A program made the position numbers and the translations under genes. DNA of 64,000 bases from Vermamoeba vermiformis (taxonomy: Eukaryota), in assembly GCA_045837725.1 (NCBI GenBank), contig JBEWZL010000003.1:186001-250000 (forward strand), written 5' to 3'. This document shows positions 1-11,338 of the stretch, in pieces. How positions within the stretch are numbered: position 1 is the first letter of the stretch; every line of letters starts with the position of its first letter. Below the pieces are notes generated by a model, which did no database searches, was not told where the DNA came from, and was given only the letters and a program-made list of their open reading frames with translations.

Positions 1-509
1 TGCCAGATCCAGAAGTCACCGTCATCGTCCACAATTTTGCAAATTTCAGCGATATTTCACCAGTGCGAGTCATTTGCATTATGATCAGTTACGGCAACCC
101 TGTTAAACGACAAACCAGTGCTGTCGAAGCTGAACTTCAAGTCCTCGTGACAGCTGCAAACGGAACTTTAATTGACGAACCATCAGCGGAACAAATTGTC
201 TCAGAATTCGTTTCAAGTGCCAATGCCAACAAATCGATCGCAGATCCAATCTTAAATCCAAACTCCGATGAAGGTCGAGAATTAATTGGTACTAAGCCAC
301 TCAACGGCAATGAACTGCCCGGAACAGTTCCGTTAGGGCAAGTCCGACCTCCAACTTCCAGTCCGAGCATCGATAACGGACCAATCAGCAACGAGCCTGC
401 TGCAACTGTGCCTGTCAAAACTCCGGCGTCAAAAATTATGTCAAGTGCCTCTCAAGCATTCTTTTCTGCCTACTTAGTTGGATTCATATTGTTCATGCTG
501 CTTCATTAG
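1..509 (+). CDS. 3' part of a Pro/Ser/Thr-rich surface protein with a C-terminal GPI-anchor-like signal (5' truncated by window)
   Basis: Open frame to TAG at 509; P/S/T-rich linker, then small residues (MSSAS) and a hydrophobic tail AFFSAYLVGFILFMLLH. Confidence 0.6.
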   Translation, partial: PDPEVTVIVHNFANFSDISPVRVICIMISYGNPVKRQTSAVEAELQVLVTAANGTLIDEPSAEQIVSEFVSSANANKSIADPILNPNSDEGRELIGTKPLNGNELPGTVPLGQVRPPTSSPSIDNGPISNEPAATVPVKTPASKIMSSASQAFFSAYLVGFILFMLLH

Positions 510-555
510 TGGAGGGTAGATGATTTATTGTTAAAATAAATGTAAATGTCAGCAG

Positions 556-3490
556 TTAATCTAATTTGCAGCCTGCAGGTTCTGTCAAAAGCACGTCATA
601 ATTCTTAACCATATCTGATGGCAGTCTGCTGAATGGAATTAAAACAATTGGCATGTTGCAATGTTCCTCTTTTTCATTGTAATTGTTGACCTCCATGATT
701 GCATCTGACGAAAATCCAGCTGCCCAAATCACCTGCAATTTGTCAGTTGCAAGCTCAATCGTACTGATAAGAACTTACACAAACTATTGGGCTCCAAGGT
801 TCTAGTTTTCTTAGTGAAGGAAGACTAGTTTCAACATCTACAGAGCCCAGCACTTTGTTCCAATTCTTTGATTGCCATTCTGACATGACATAATTGTTAC
901 CAACTGTGCGAAGCAAGGCCAATCCATCAGGCATTGCATGGTCTTCAACCTCAACAAATTTTTGCTCCAAATGAGTGAATGGTTTGGCAAGCAGTTCTAG
1001 GGAAGTCAGGCCAAATTCATCTGCATCTCCACAAATAGTAGAGTCTAGACAGCATTCATAGGCAATTGAAGACTTGTGGAATGCAGATCCTTCAACTGCA
1101 AGTTCTGTGATTAGTGTGCCATAATTGCTTAGAACCAACATCTTTAGCAGATCTGGACCTTTGCTAATTTGAGGTTGATGAGCATGCTGCAAAGCCTTCA
1201 TCAAAAATCAGTTTGTGGAAAAAAACATTCAGGGTTAGTCAAACCAAGCTAACCATCACTGCTAGGGCCACAAGCCTAAATAAAAAGTTAAAAAGAATTG
1301 AAATAAAAAAGAAAAAAGACACGATTAATTTTTCTAAAACACAAAAAAAATACGGGGAATCATTCCTTTTAACGATTGGCATTTTTTGGCTTTTTAGGCA
1401 ATAATTGACCTATATACAGCATTGCAACATATATTCAGTAATAAATATCAATGAATATACCTGCTTAGCTCAGTACAGTGCGTCTGATTAGTAAGGAAAG
1501 ATGATGTCTTTGCAAAACGTTTATTTTTGCAAAGATACAATGCTCATCAATTAAAAAACAGATAATCAAAGCAAGGAGAAATTGTTGTGGCCCTAGCAGT
1601 GATACCTTCACATGCTTTTTTACTCCAGCAGAAGAAGCAATGTGTTTCAACATCCACCAATCAGAAACTCTCCATTTTTGCTTGGTATTGACTCCTGCTC
1701 CCAATTGCTGCATTGAAACAGTGGGTACATAGCTTAAATTCATCTTTTCAACATTGATTTGGTGGGTGATTTGCAGGAAGCCATTATGAAACAAAGCAGC
1801 ATAGATCATATCTTGATAAAGCTGTCTATTGTTAATAGAGATTCACGAAGGGTGAAATCATACATACTGCTTTGTTATCTGCTGCTAGTCTTGCCACATA
1901 ATCTCTTGCATACATTTGACAAAGTGCACCAGCATCAGCCCAAATGTCTGCTTTGCTGTTTGCCAGCTGTTGTTTTGTTGGTTTGCACTGAGCTGCAAAT
2001 AGCACAATCTATTAACAGCCATAGTTAGTTCACATTTCAACTATTGGGTAACTTTGTACTGCTTGAAATAGCTGCTTGAAATACAATGTGCGACTGCCTA
2101 AGCCTTCCAGAATTTGTGAACCGTTTGCATGGTACTTCTTGATGTAACTGTAAAAGTCTATGCCGAAGTACTCTTTGATGAGATTATTTTGGTTTTGCAT
2201 CTCTTCTTTTGGTTCTCGTGTCATTTGAAATAACAGAAGACGTGCTCTATCATTGCTAGCTCTTGCACTCTCAGTGAAATTAAGGGCACTATAGTGGGTG
2301 GTAAGCATAACAAACTGAACAGTTAGAAATGATTAAAGAGTTGTAAAACATACTCCAACATTACTTTGCACAGCTAATTCTTCCATTGCAGTGACAAAAA
2401 TGTAGGGAAGTGAAGTTGGTTTGTTGTAAACAGGCAGGGAATTTGCAGGTGTTCCAGTATGGCAGAACATGCCAACAAACTTATCTTGCAGTGAATGCAC
2501 TTCATCACAGAATAGAGCAGTTATGTTATGCTCGACAATGTTTGATTTTGCTCTTTTGGTGAGATTTTCAATTGCTTGAGCATCCATACACTTCCATGCT
2601 CTTTCTACTTTCTTAATAAAGTATTCTCTGCAACTTCTGTTTTCAAAAAGCTGGGCTGAGATGGACATGCAATCAGCTTCAGAAAACTGAAGCTTTTGAG
2701 CTGCAAAACAGTTAGAGAATTGGCTGCAAATGATTAAGTCATGTACCTGCTTCAAAGCCTTCAGTATAGTGGTTGATTGCAACCAAGAAGAATACTTTCA
2801 TCACCTGCTGTGCTTTGCAAGTGAGCTCTTTGTACTGATCTGGGGTTGCTTTTGCAAGATCTGGAATAATTTGCTGACATAATGAATTTATCTGTTTTTC
2901 TATTGGTGCATAGTATGGAGAGGTCTGTGGTCTGTCAGAAAACTTAAGATAGATTGCCTTATTGTGTCGAGTATAAACACGTGCAAGGTGAGTCTTGCCA
3001 TAGCCAGAAACTATTGAAACTGTTAACAATGATGGTAGTGAAATAGAAAGACAGACCTTGAGCCACAACACCAAGAAAGAGTTCTTGGACATTAGGCTTT
3101 GATGAAGCTTTGACTGTAGCCACAAACTGCTGGAATTTGGAATAGAGTGGCTGTTTTAAAACATCATCCATGAAATAGTTTTCAAATTCAAGGTTTTCAC
3201 CATGTGGTAATGGCTTTTTCAAGCAGTGTCCAAATTTCTTGTGCTGTTCCTCTAAATTCTTGCTAAGGTTGAGGGCTGTTTTCAGCTTTTCAAAGGCCTC
3301 TAGTTAATTTTTAGAAAAATACAGTGATCATTTCAGACTTGCCTGCAAATGGAGTTTGCTCTTCAGTATGAGGAAGGGTTGAAGATGGGGAGTGTTTGCT
3401 GCCTTATAATATCATTAGCAAAAGGAATAGAATCTAATTTTTGGTTAGCTTACATTTTTGCAGAGCGGATGCAAACTTTGTTCGCTTGGC
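556..3490 (-). pseudogene. Degenerate P-loop NTPase gene (Crinkler/CR-NTPase-REase-like), fragmented by frameshifts and stops
   Basis: Collinear minus-strand ORF fragments in different frames; Walker A-like SGYGKT (ORF 2739-3125) and Walker B-like ALFCDEVH (ORF 2333-2782); KGPDL motif downstream; intron-like segments near 3300-3455; very few CpG. Confidence 0.6.
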
Positions 3491-3981
3491 TTGTGTGATA
3501 CAGCGAACAGTTTGGCAATTAAATAAACTGGTGTTTCGTACATTTCTCACTTTGTAATTATCTAAATAAATATTAATGCAAAATAAATTGCGAATGATTA
3601 AAGAAAATTACAAAATCGCACCAACCAAAATATTTCTCTCAACGTAAAATAACTAATTTATATGGTAAAATTAATCTGTTGTTTCATAAGCTTACCACGA
3701 GCAGACTCTTTAATTCTCCGTCCCAAGATTTGAGTGCGAAGTTGGCCAACGATTCGGCCAAGCATTCTAAACCGTTACGTTGATTTAATATTAGTGTACA
3801 AGTTGACTATGAGCTAATCAGCGTATTGCTATGTCCCGAAGAAAAATAGACCAGAACAATTTTTTTTGCTACAAGGAACCGAGAAACAACAAATTTTACG
3901 TCGGCAGAGGTAATTTTTGAACTTAAAAAATTAATACAGCCACGACGCAATTTTAATTTGTAATATTCGTTTATTGGTGCA

Positions 3982-5769
3982 TTAAGCGATGAGGTAAGAC
4001 AATACATGCTGCCACATTTCAAGCGGAAGTGTTGTGTTATTGCATCGTTTAATATTATTATAAAGCACTATTAGGTCCAGTTTTCGCTGGTAATTTTTTC
4101 TTAGTAATATATCCAGCCGATAATCATCAGACACCGTTGTGAGGTGCAACAGCGAGATCGGGAACGGATTTTTCTCGTAATCGGCTAAAAAAGTCTGAAT
4201 AGCATTGCTGTGCCATACAATGTCTATTGCCAAATAGCGTAGCGCCTTATTAATATTCAGAACTCGCACCAGATCCGCGAACAAATCCGGAGCGGTAGGG
4301 GGGTCCAAACCTCGATATACTTTCTTCTTTACAATTAGGCTCTCTAACGTCTTATTCTTCAACAACATATTCCATACGTACTTGCAAGCACTGCCGTCCA
4401 AATCTTTGTTAATCAGCTCTAACTTTTTGAGTTTGGAATTCACTTCGATTCCTCGCATTAATATTTCGAAGTCTTTAAGGTTTAAAGCGCCGCCGTTAAT
4501 TTTTAAATTAGTCACGCAATTTTTCGGAGAATTAAGGCCTTCAACGAGCAGGCTAAAGTCGAGTTGATCTAGTTGAACCGTGTTGAGTTCAAGTTTTGAT
4601 AACTGGAGTGATTTGAGCATTTGACAAAGTCCTAATGGTGGTTCATATTCTGGTGTAATGAAGAAATTTTGGTTTGATTTTAAGCCAATCGTTAGCGACT
4701 TGAGATCTCGTTGCGGACTGTCAGCGAAACTTTGACACAATGACAAGTACGATTTTGAATCAATAGCGATATCTGTCAATGTCGTATTCATTTTAAATAC
4801 GTCTACTAAGTTTGGAGTATATAAATATTCAAAGTTAACGGATCTTAAAGTTGTGTTGGATCCCAACCGTTTTGCAATGGTGTCATGCAGGTTGCCTATA
4901 TTCTTCACTGACAGTCTTGTTAGCTTCGTATTTGCATCGGCTATATCAAATAAAACATCGAGAGACTTTCCTTCAATTATTGCTGACGAATTTGTTCCTT
5001 CAATTTCAAGTTCGTGCAAATTGATCTCTGATCCAACGAGTGGTTTTAAAGCTGAAAAATCGTACTCAGTTTCTCGTAAAAAAAGTGTCAATTTTGTTAA
5101 TGATCTATTTTGCGCTATTGTTGGTAATAGGCCGTTGTTTTCTTCTGGCGTGATTCTGATGGATCTGAGTGTCGACGACTGCTTTAATAGCTCGAATAAG
5201 TGTCTATAAAATTGTGTTGTATGGTAATCACGATTGAAATTTATGTTTATATCCGCTGTATTATGTCGTAATAAATCGAGGGGAATGCATTCCGGAAAAT
5301 CTTGATCTGCGAGCGAGATCCGTTTCAGAGTTGTTATTTTTTGCAATGACTCGCAAAATTCTCTTGTATTTCCATGAAGTGGTGATTGGAGTCTTAACTC
5401 TGTAATTGACGGGACGGATCGGATCAACTCACATAACGCATTTGTCACTTCACTTGATTGAACTTCTATTGTCGTTAATGTCTTAAAATTATTGCTATTT
5501 TTGAGACATGCAATAAGCTTATCGAGTTGAGTGGCTTTTAAGACAACAAATTTCATGCATCTGATTTGTTGGAGATTAATCTCGTTTAAATAGTCATTAA
5601 TGCCAAAAATATTCCTTGGCATCCAACGGATAGTGTCCTATTTATAATAATATTATTATTAAGGTTTGTTTAACTAAAAATTTGAAGCAGATGCGTTTTT
5701 CATCAAGCGCGATGCGCTTTAATTCTTTCGTAGTTATGACGATGTCCAAAGATATTATTGTCTTACCAT
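3982..5769 (-). CDS. RNI-like leucine-rich repeat protein with a C-terminal F-box-like motif
   Basis: 546-aa ORF with repeated N..L..L.L motifs; extendable by an ATG-only first exon (5767-5769) and GT-AG intron 5638-5766; ends LPLEMWQHVLSYLIA. Confidence 0.75.
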
Positions 5770-5933
5770 TATTAAGCCTTGAGTTGTGCTGCTCCAATGG
5801 GACGCAAAAAGACAACAGAAGATCGGGACCAGAGGTGAATATGAGGCCTCATTTAAATTGAGTATTATGGTCTTTATTATTTATTTACATCGATAGGAAC
5901 AAGCAGCTTTTCCATGAATACGAGGGAATGAGC

Positions 5934-6438
5934 TTATTCGTTGTTCTTGACACCGTACTCCATGAAGCACTTGAGCATTAACAGAAAATTGGCCACAAAT
6001 GACAAACTCGTTAATAGCCATAATAGCCACGCACGATTAATTAAGAAAAATAGCGCAAACAGGCCATAGAGAACTAAATTAGATAAGTTAGTATTCCATT
6101 TACGGTTACAACGTCACAAAAAATAATAGAACGAACACAACATATGTAAAAATAGTATAAAATTAATATCGAGCGTTATTTGATTCAAAAGTAATTTTTG
6201 ACAATTTTTTTCTCGATCTAATCTGGATCTACTCACTTGCAGTGATAAAAAAGAAGAGATATCGGTCTCCGCATTGAAGTCTGAAAGTTTGCTTTGGTTT
6301 TGGCTTCGTGCTGATAAGATAATGGTTCAGAAGCAAGAGTGTCCCGAGCACGATCGGAATCCAAAATGACAGCTCTAAAGCACTGTAGACAATGAAAATG
6401 GTCCAACAAGTATTTACAAGACTAATGGTCCTCCACAT
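5934..6438 (-). CDS. Small multi-pass membrane protein, function unknown (2 exons)
   Basis: Hydrophobic exon from ATG 6438, GT-AG intron, second hydrophobic exon LYGLFALFFLINRAWLLWLL...KNNE* with TAA at 5934-5936. Confidence 0.5.
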
Positions 6439-6577
6439 CGCTGGTTATTAATACTAAAAGCAGCAACAACAGAACTCGTTTTGTCCCCGGCAAAATTTTC
6501 GGTAGTAGTAGAACAAAAGCGCTTGCAAATGCTAAAGTAATCATGTTTGAAAGTAATTCATATCAAGTTCTTTACAT

Positions 6578-9500
6578 TTATGTCATTTTTACAATTTTTC
6601 CGGCTTGGAAATCGCCAGAGACTTTAAAGCCGTGTTGAGCAAAGTAATAAACGCCTTGCCCGTCAAATTTACCCTCTTTAAAATTTCCTTCGTACACGTC
6701 ACCATTGGCTGTCTTATATTTGCCATAGCCGTGCATTAAATCGTCCTTCCATTCGCCTTCATATCGATTTCCAGCTCGCTAAGAAAACGCGTTAAAAAAG
6801 TTGCAAAAAATAGCACATCCACATCCGGATCAATTTTGCAGGCAAGAGACTCAATAATAATACAGCATATTACTTACATCCGAAAACACGCCTTTTCCAC
6901 ACCGCCGGCCTTGTTTGAATTCGCCGTAGAATGTAGCACCAGCCATGCTGCTCCAACTGCCGAGCCCGTGAAACTCGTCGTCTTTGAAGTCACCCGTGTA
7001 CAGATCTCCATTTTGAAACACATACACGCCCTTGCCGTTGGGTACTCCTCGTTCAAAGGTGCCTTCGTACCTTAAAAAGCAAAATAAGGTTAGTACTTGG
7101 TTCGAAAGTTGTGGTCACGCGGATCAGATCAGATGCGCCTGACCCAGATCTTCGCACTACGAAGCTGATGCAAGCAAAAAAAATAACGAAATTGTTACTA
7201 TCATGGTGCAAAAAGCAAAAAGAGAGAGCACAACACCTCCGATTCCCAGGTAGTCTCCTACCCCAGTACTAAGAAGGCCTGAACAAGCTTAACTTCGCTG
7301 ATCGGACGGGAAGCGGTGCATTCTTGTTAGTGTGGTCGTGCCCGAGACGTATTGCTACCTCGTACTCGGGTCACTACTTACTAACAAGGACCAACAACCC
7401 CACATCCGGATCTTTGCGTGTTTTCTTCAAAATTTTTCAAACTCAAAAAAACTTTCTAGGCTTACCTGCTTCCATTGTGCATGGTGTAAGTGCCCTTGCC
7501 ATGTCGAGTACCATCTTTGTATTCACCGACGTACACATTGCCGTCAGTCGTCGTGTAGACACCTTTGCCATGTCGCACGCCCTTGGAATTGAATTCTCCT
7601 TCGTATCGATCGCCATTCGGGTACAGTTTCACGCGCTTGACGAGCACTTCTTCGGTCTTGTTTTCCGCGTTGCTATTTGACGGCGTTGTTGTGTCTTCAG
7701 TAACTCCGTCTTTCTTGCCCGACGGTATGCTGCTGTTGGATCCGGTCTTGGTCTGTTCTTTCGTCAAGGCGCTATTGATAGAATCAACGCTGGCGGGTCC
7801 TTGTGTAGACAGGTCTTCTCGTGGCGTGTTTGGTGATGTTGGCGTTGTAGGCACGGGCACTGTGTTGACGTGCTCTTTCGAGTGCAGTGACGCGAGTGAG
7901 TCCTTTAACGTCAGTTGGGGCCTGACAGGTGTAGTCGGCTCACTTGATTGACCATTTGCAGCTGTAGTTCCGCTCGGCTGCTGAGTATTGCTTGCAATAT
8001 TTGCAGCTGTTGTCTCGCTAGTACTGCTGTTTTTGTCGCTCGAAGTGGCGCCTTGGTGAGGGTCACTTTTAGCGATTTGAAGTTCACTGAACGAATTGCC
8101 AGCGCTCCTTAATCCGCTCTCTGTCTTTTCGTCCAATTTTAACGGTCTAGGTCTGCTCGGTGATAAAATGGCTTTAGGTTGTGGTCGCGGAGATCCGACG
8201 GGGGTTGAGTTGCTGGATCCGCCTCCAAGCTTCTCAATACTGTCTAGCACTGGCTTCTTGATCGGCAGTGCTGTCGTTGGTGGTGAAACATCGTCTGAAT
8301 GGGTCGCGAGTGGTACTGGCATTCGTCGCGGTTTGACTTTGATATTTCCTTCTGCGTCCGCGCTGTACTCTCTGCAAATAAAATTCATTAATTAATCGTT
8401 CACAGAACGTTAAATTAATGCAATTAACCTAACAAGAACTAAATTTCCAAATTTAGAACGCAATAATTTTCATCGCGAAAAGAAGTAATAAATTTTGTGC
8501 CGTTATTTTACGATCAGATATCGTCATATAATATTGCAATTACTATATATAGTAATAATATGATATCGGTGGACTTACACTTTATCGCACATGATCAGCA
8601 CAGCGGGATTATTGCAATATTTTTCCAACAATCGTTTGACGAGTCCACGACGGTCTTCAGGACAATCTTCGTGAAATAGAATACTAATAATATCAATATA
8701 CACATCTGTACACTGCCACGTGCCACGTGCCAATTCGAAGGTCAATGTCCATTCGTACTGGAACGTGTTTTTAATGCACATTTCTTTCCTTCGCGATTTG
8801 ATCAGGATTTTATCTAAATATATTAAAAATGAGATTAGTATAATTAAAATATCATAAGGCCGTTTATGGCTATTGGTTGTAATCGAAAAAAATTAATGGA
8901 TAAAGAAATTCGTGGAGCAAGATCCACGCTAATTTTTGTAATTAAGCACTTTAATTGCATTATTTTAAATATACGTTGCTATTTTAGAAGAATGAAGATT
9001 AATGTATGCAATTAATTAAGAGATTTTTTGTAGGTCGTTAATGCATCCAAAGTAACACGTACCAGCTTTCAAATAAAATTCAATTTTCCAGCCGAGTTTG
9101 ACGTCCTTTGTCATGCACTGATTGCCGAGTGCAAATTTGAGCTCAATAATTGCAGGACTGATCGCTGTTTGATTGACGCACTTCAGCACTGTAATCACGT
9201 GACTGTTATCGCCGCCCATCACTTCTTCGATAAATCGTTGCAAAGTCATGGCAATGGTACCTAAATATAGATCGTTCGGTCAATACGGCTCTTCTAATAG
9301 ATATTTCCATAAATAGGCAAAATAATTTCACCAGCCAATAAAAATTAGTAATTTTGAGCCGTAATCGAATAAATGTAGTAAAAATACGAAATAAATATGT
9401 ATTGGGTATATTTTTGCCATATATTTTGTTTATTATTATTTATTGTTCGATTGCGGGATATTTTACCACGCGATCGGAGGAATTGGATCGAAATAAATAA

Positions 9501-9997
9501 AGCCTCCGAACGAATTGGTATTATTCAATGGATATTATTCATTAAGTATTATATTGTGGCCGCATTATTTATTAATTAAGGATGACGTAAATTAATTTCG
9601 ACCGTGTAACGTCTATTTTTTTAGAACCAATAAATTTAGTAACTGTAACACAAATAATTACGATACTGCGGGCTCGTTAAATATAGAAATAATATTAAAA
9701 TGGTTGATTTTGATCATAAGGCTTACCTAAATCAGATCCCGCAAAAAACGGTAAAAACGAATCTGATATCTTTTCGGCGCTTTCTTCACCTTCAATATTA
9801 TTTGCTAATGTTGTTAATATTTGTAATACTCCTATTGCTGGGTTTGCTCCTCCTGCTGCCTCATCTACAATCACTTTGTTATTCTGATCGAATATCTTCA
9901 TGAATGGACCAAGCCGAGGCAGATCTGCGCATAATGGCAGAGCTTTATAAGGCCTCGTGATAAGGTTAATTAGCTTTTCTTTGTTGGCTTGTTGCAT
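6578..9997 (-). CDS. MORN-repeat protein with an N-terminal globular domain and a long S/T/P-rich linker (6 exons)
   Basis: Repeats such as GDRYEGEF..GVRHGKG and GNRYEGEWKDDLMHGYG; exons joined by GT-AG introns; ATG 9997, TAA 6578. Confidence 0.85.
7225..7343 (-). rRNA. 5S rRNA: 5S rRNA gene, copy 1, inside intron 7071-7465 of the MORN gene
   Basis: 119 nt; helix I GGGCACGAC/GTTGTGCTC; conserved CCGATC..CGAAGTTAAGC and TTAGTACT..GGAGAC..CCTGGGAA; T-run terminators downstream. Confidence 0.96.
7354..7389 (-). repeat. 36-nt conserved 5S upstream block (-46 to -11), identical to 60404-60439
   Basis: CCTTGTTAGTAAGTAGTGACCCGAGTACGAGGTAGC in both copies, with the same 10-nt spacing to the 5S start. 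Confidence 0.9.
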
Positions 9998-10153
9998 TCC
10001 ATAGACTCTGCTTTTGAAAATTAACCCGCAGCTGGCGATTAAAAAAATTAATTTGCCCGCGCCCAAATTTAACGAAGAATCTAAGCACAAAACAACAATA
10101 TGGCACTCACTGAAGGTAGTCATATTAATTTATATAGTGTTTACTGATCAAAT

Positions 10154-10809
10154 ATGCGAACAGAGGCGATTGGTCAGCTCATCAAGGAGAAACTCCCAGC
10201 TGAGACAGTGGTAAGATTTTAAGCCTATTAATATTATTTATATGTATTTACAGGCGCACAAATAATGTTTATTTTCTTAATTTATTCCCCAGTGCAATTT
10301 AACTAATTTTTGTAATTGGATCAAGCTCGTGGAAGACTTTTCTGGCGGTTGTGGTGCCAAGTTCGACTTGGTAAGTACGCCCTTATTATTATTATATTTA
10401 TGCACGTATATTCACGCGTAAAATTTGTTACAGGTAGTTGTTTCAAAGGATTTCGAAGGAAAAAGTTTGTTGGATCGACAACGAGGTACGTTATATTGAT
10501 GAATCGTGCGCGATAATATTTAAAATTACATTGATAATATAACAACTAGTTGCGAGCGAGATTGATTTTAATCAAAGACAGATTTCCTATTTTCTTTTCT
10601 GAATCTCGCTCAGCCTTTCGCGCTTTTGAAAATTGCTTCGTTAAGCTGTATAATACGTATCGTATATTTTATTAATATTATCTATAGCTGTCAACGAAAC
10701 CTTGAAAGATGTGATGGGCAAGATCCACGCTGTTACAATGAAAACTTGGACCCCAAAACAATATGAAGAACGAAAGAGCACTGTTCAAGGCAACCATAAG
10801 ACATTTTAA
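10154..10809 (+). CDS. BOLA2: BolA-family protein (BolA2-like), 4 exons
   Basis: Spliced translation MRTEAIGQLIKEKLPAETV/LVEDFSGGCGAKFDL/VVVSKDFEGKSLLDRQR/AVNETLKDVMGKIHAVTMKTWTP; not present in the ORF track. Confidence 0.9.
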
Positions 10810-11338
10810 ATATGATTAACAAACACGTGTTTGTCGGCTAATTACGCAGTTTGTGACCTTCAGAACTGGTAATCACATCCGAAATCACTTCTGTAAATAA
10901 GAACCAATCGGATAAACTTATTGGTACCATAATAACATTCTAGATATACAAGTTTATCTATTTCATGCTATTTAACGTTATGAAGTTGCCTCCGGTGCCT
11001 GAGCGATTTGGATTTGCCTTGGATCAACAAAATAACGCTGCTTTACTTATGTGCGCTGCTGAGTCAATATTAACGATAAACCGCAACATCAAGATTTGGG
11101 AATATATTTTTCAAGCCAGTTTTCGTTCAATTTCGGATGCGAGGGAATTTGCGTGGCTTTTCTGCGGTTTGTTTTTTTTTTCGTTTTCAACCATTACTTG
11201 CTGTTACGTAACCACAACTCTTATTTCATAGTAGAGTATTCAGTGCAATCAGACTTTGACTGGAATTCTAAAACAGATCAAGAACATCGTGCGTGGATTT
11301 ACCCCAAAGTAGCTTCTAACATTAATTAACACGAAAAA

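Noticed and set aside
1275-1400. A-rich stretch interrupting the NTPase pseudogene, with a Lys-rich ORF (1213-1404)
   Set aside because: Low complexity and looks like poor-quality consensus; no coding support
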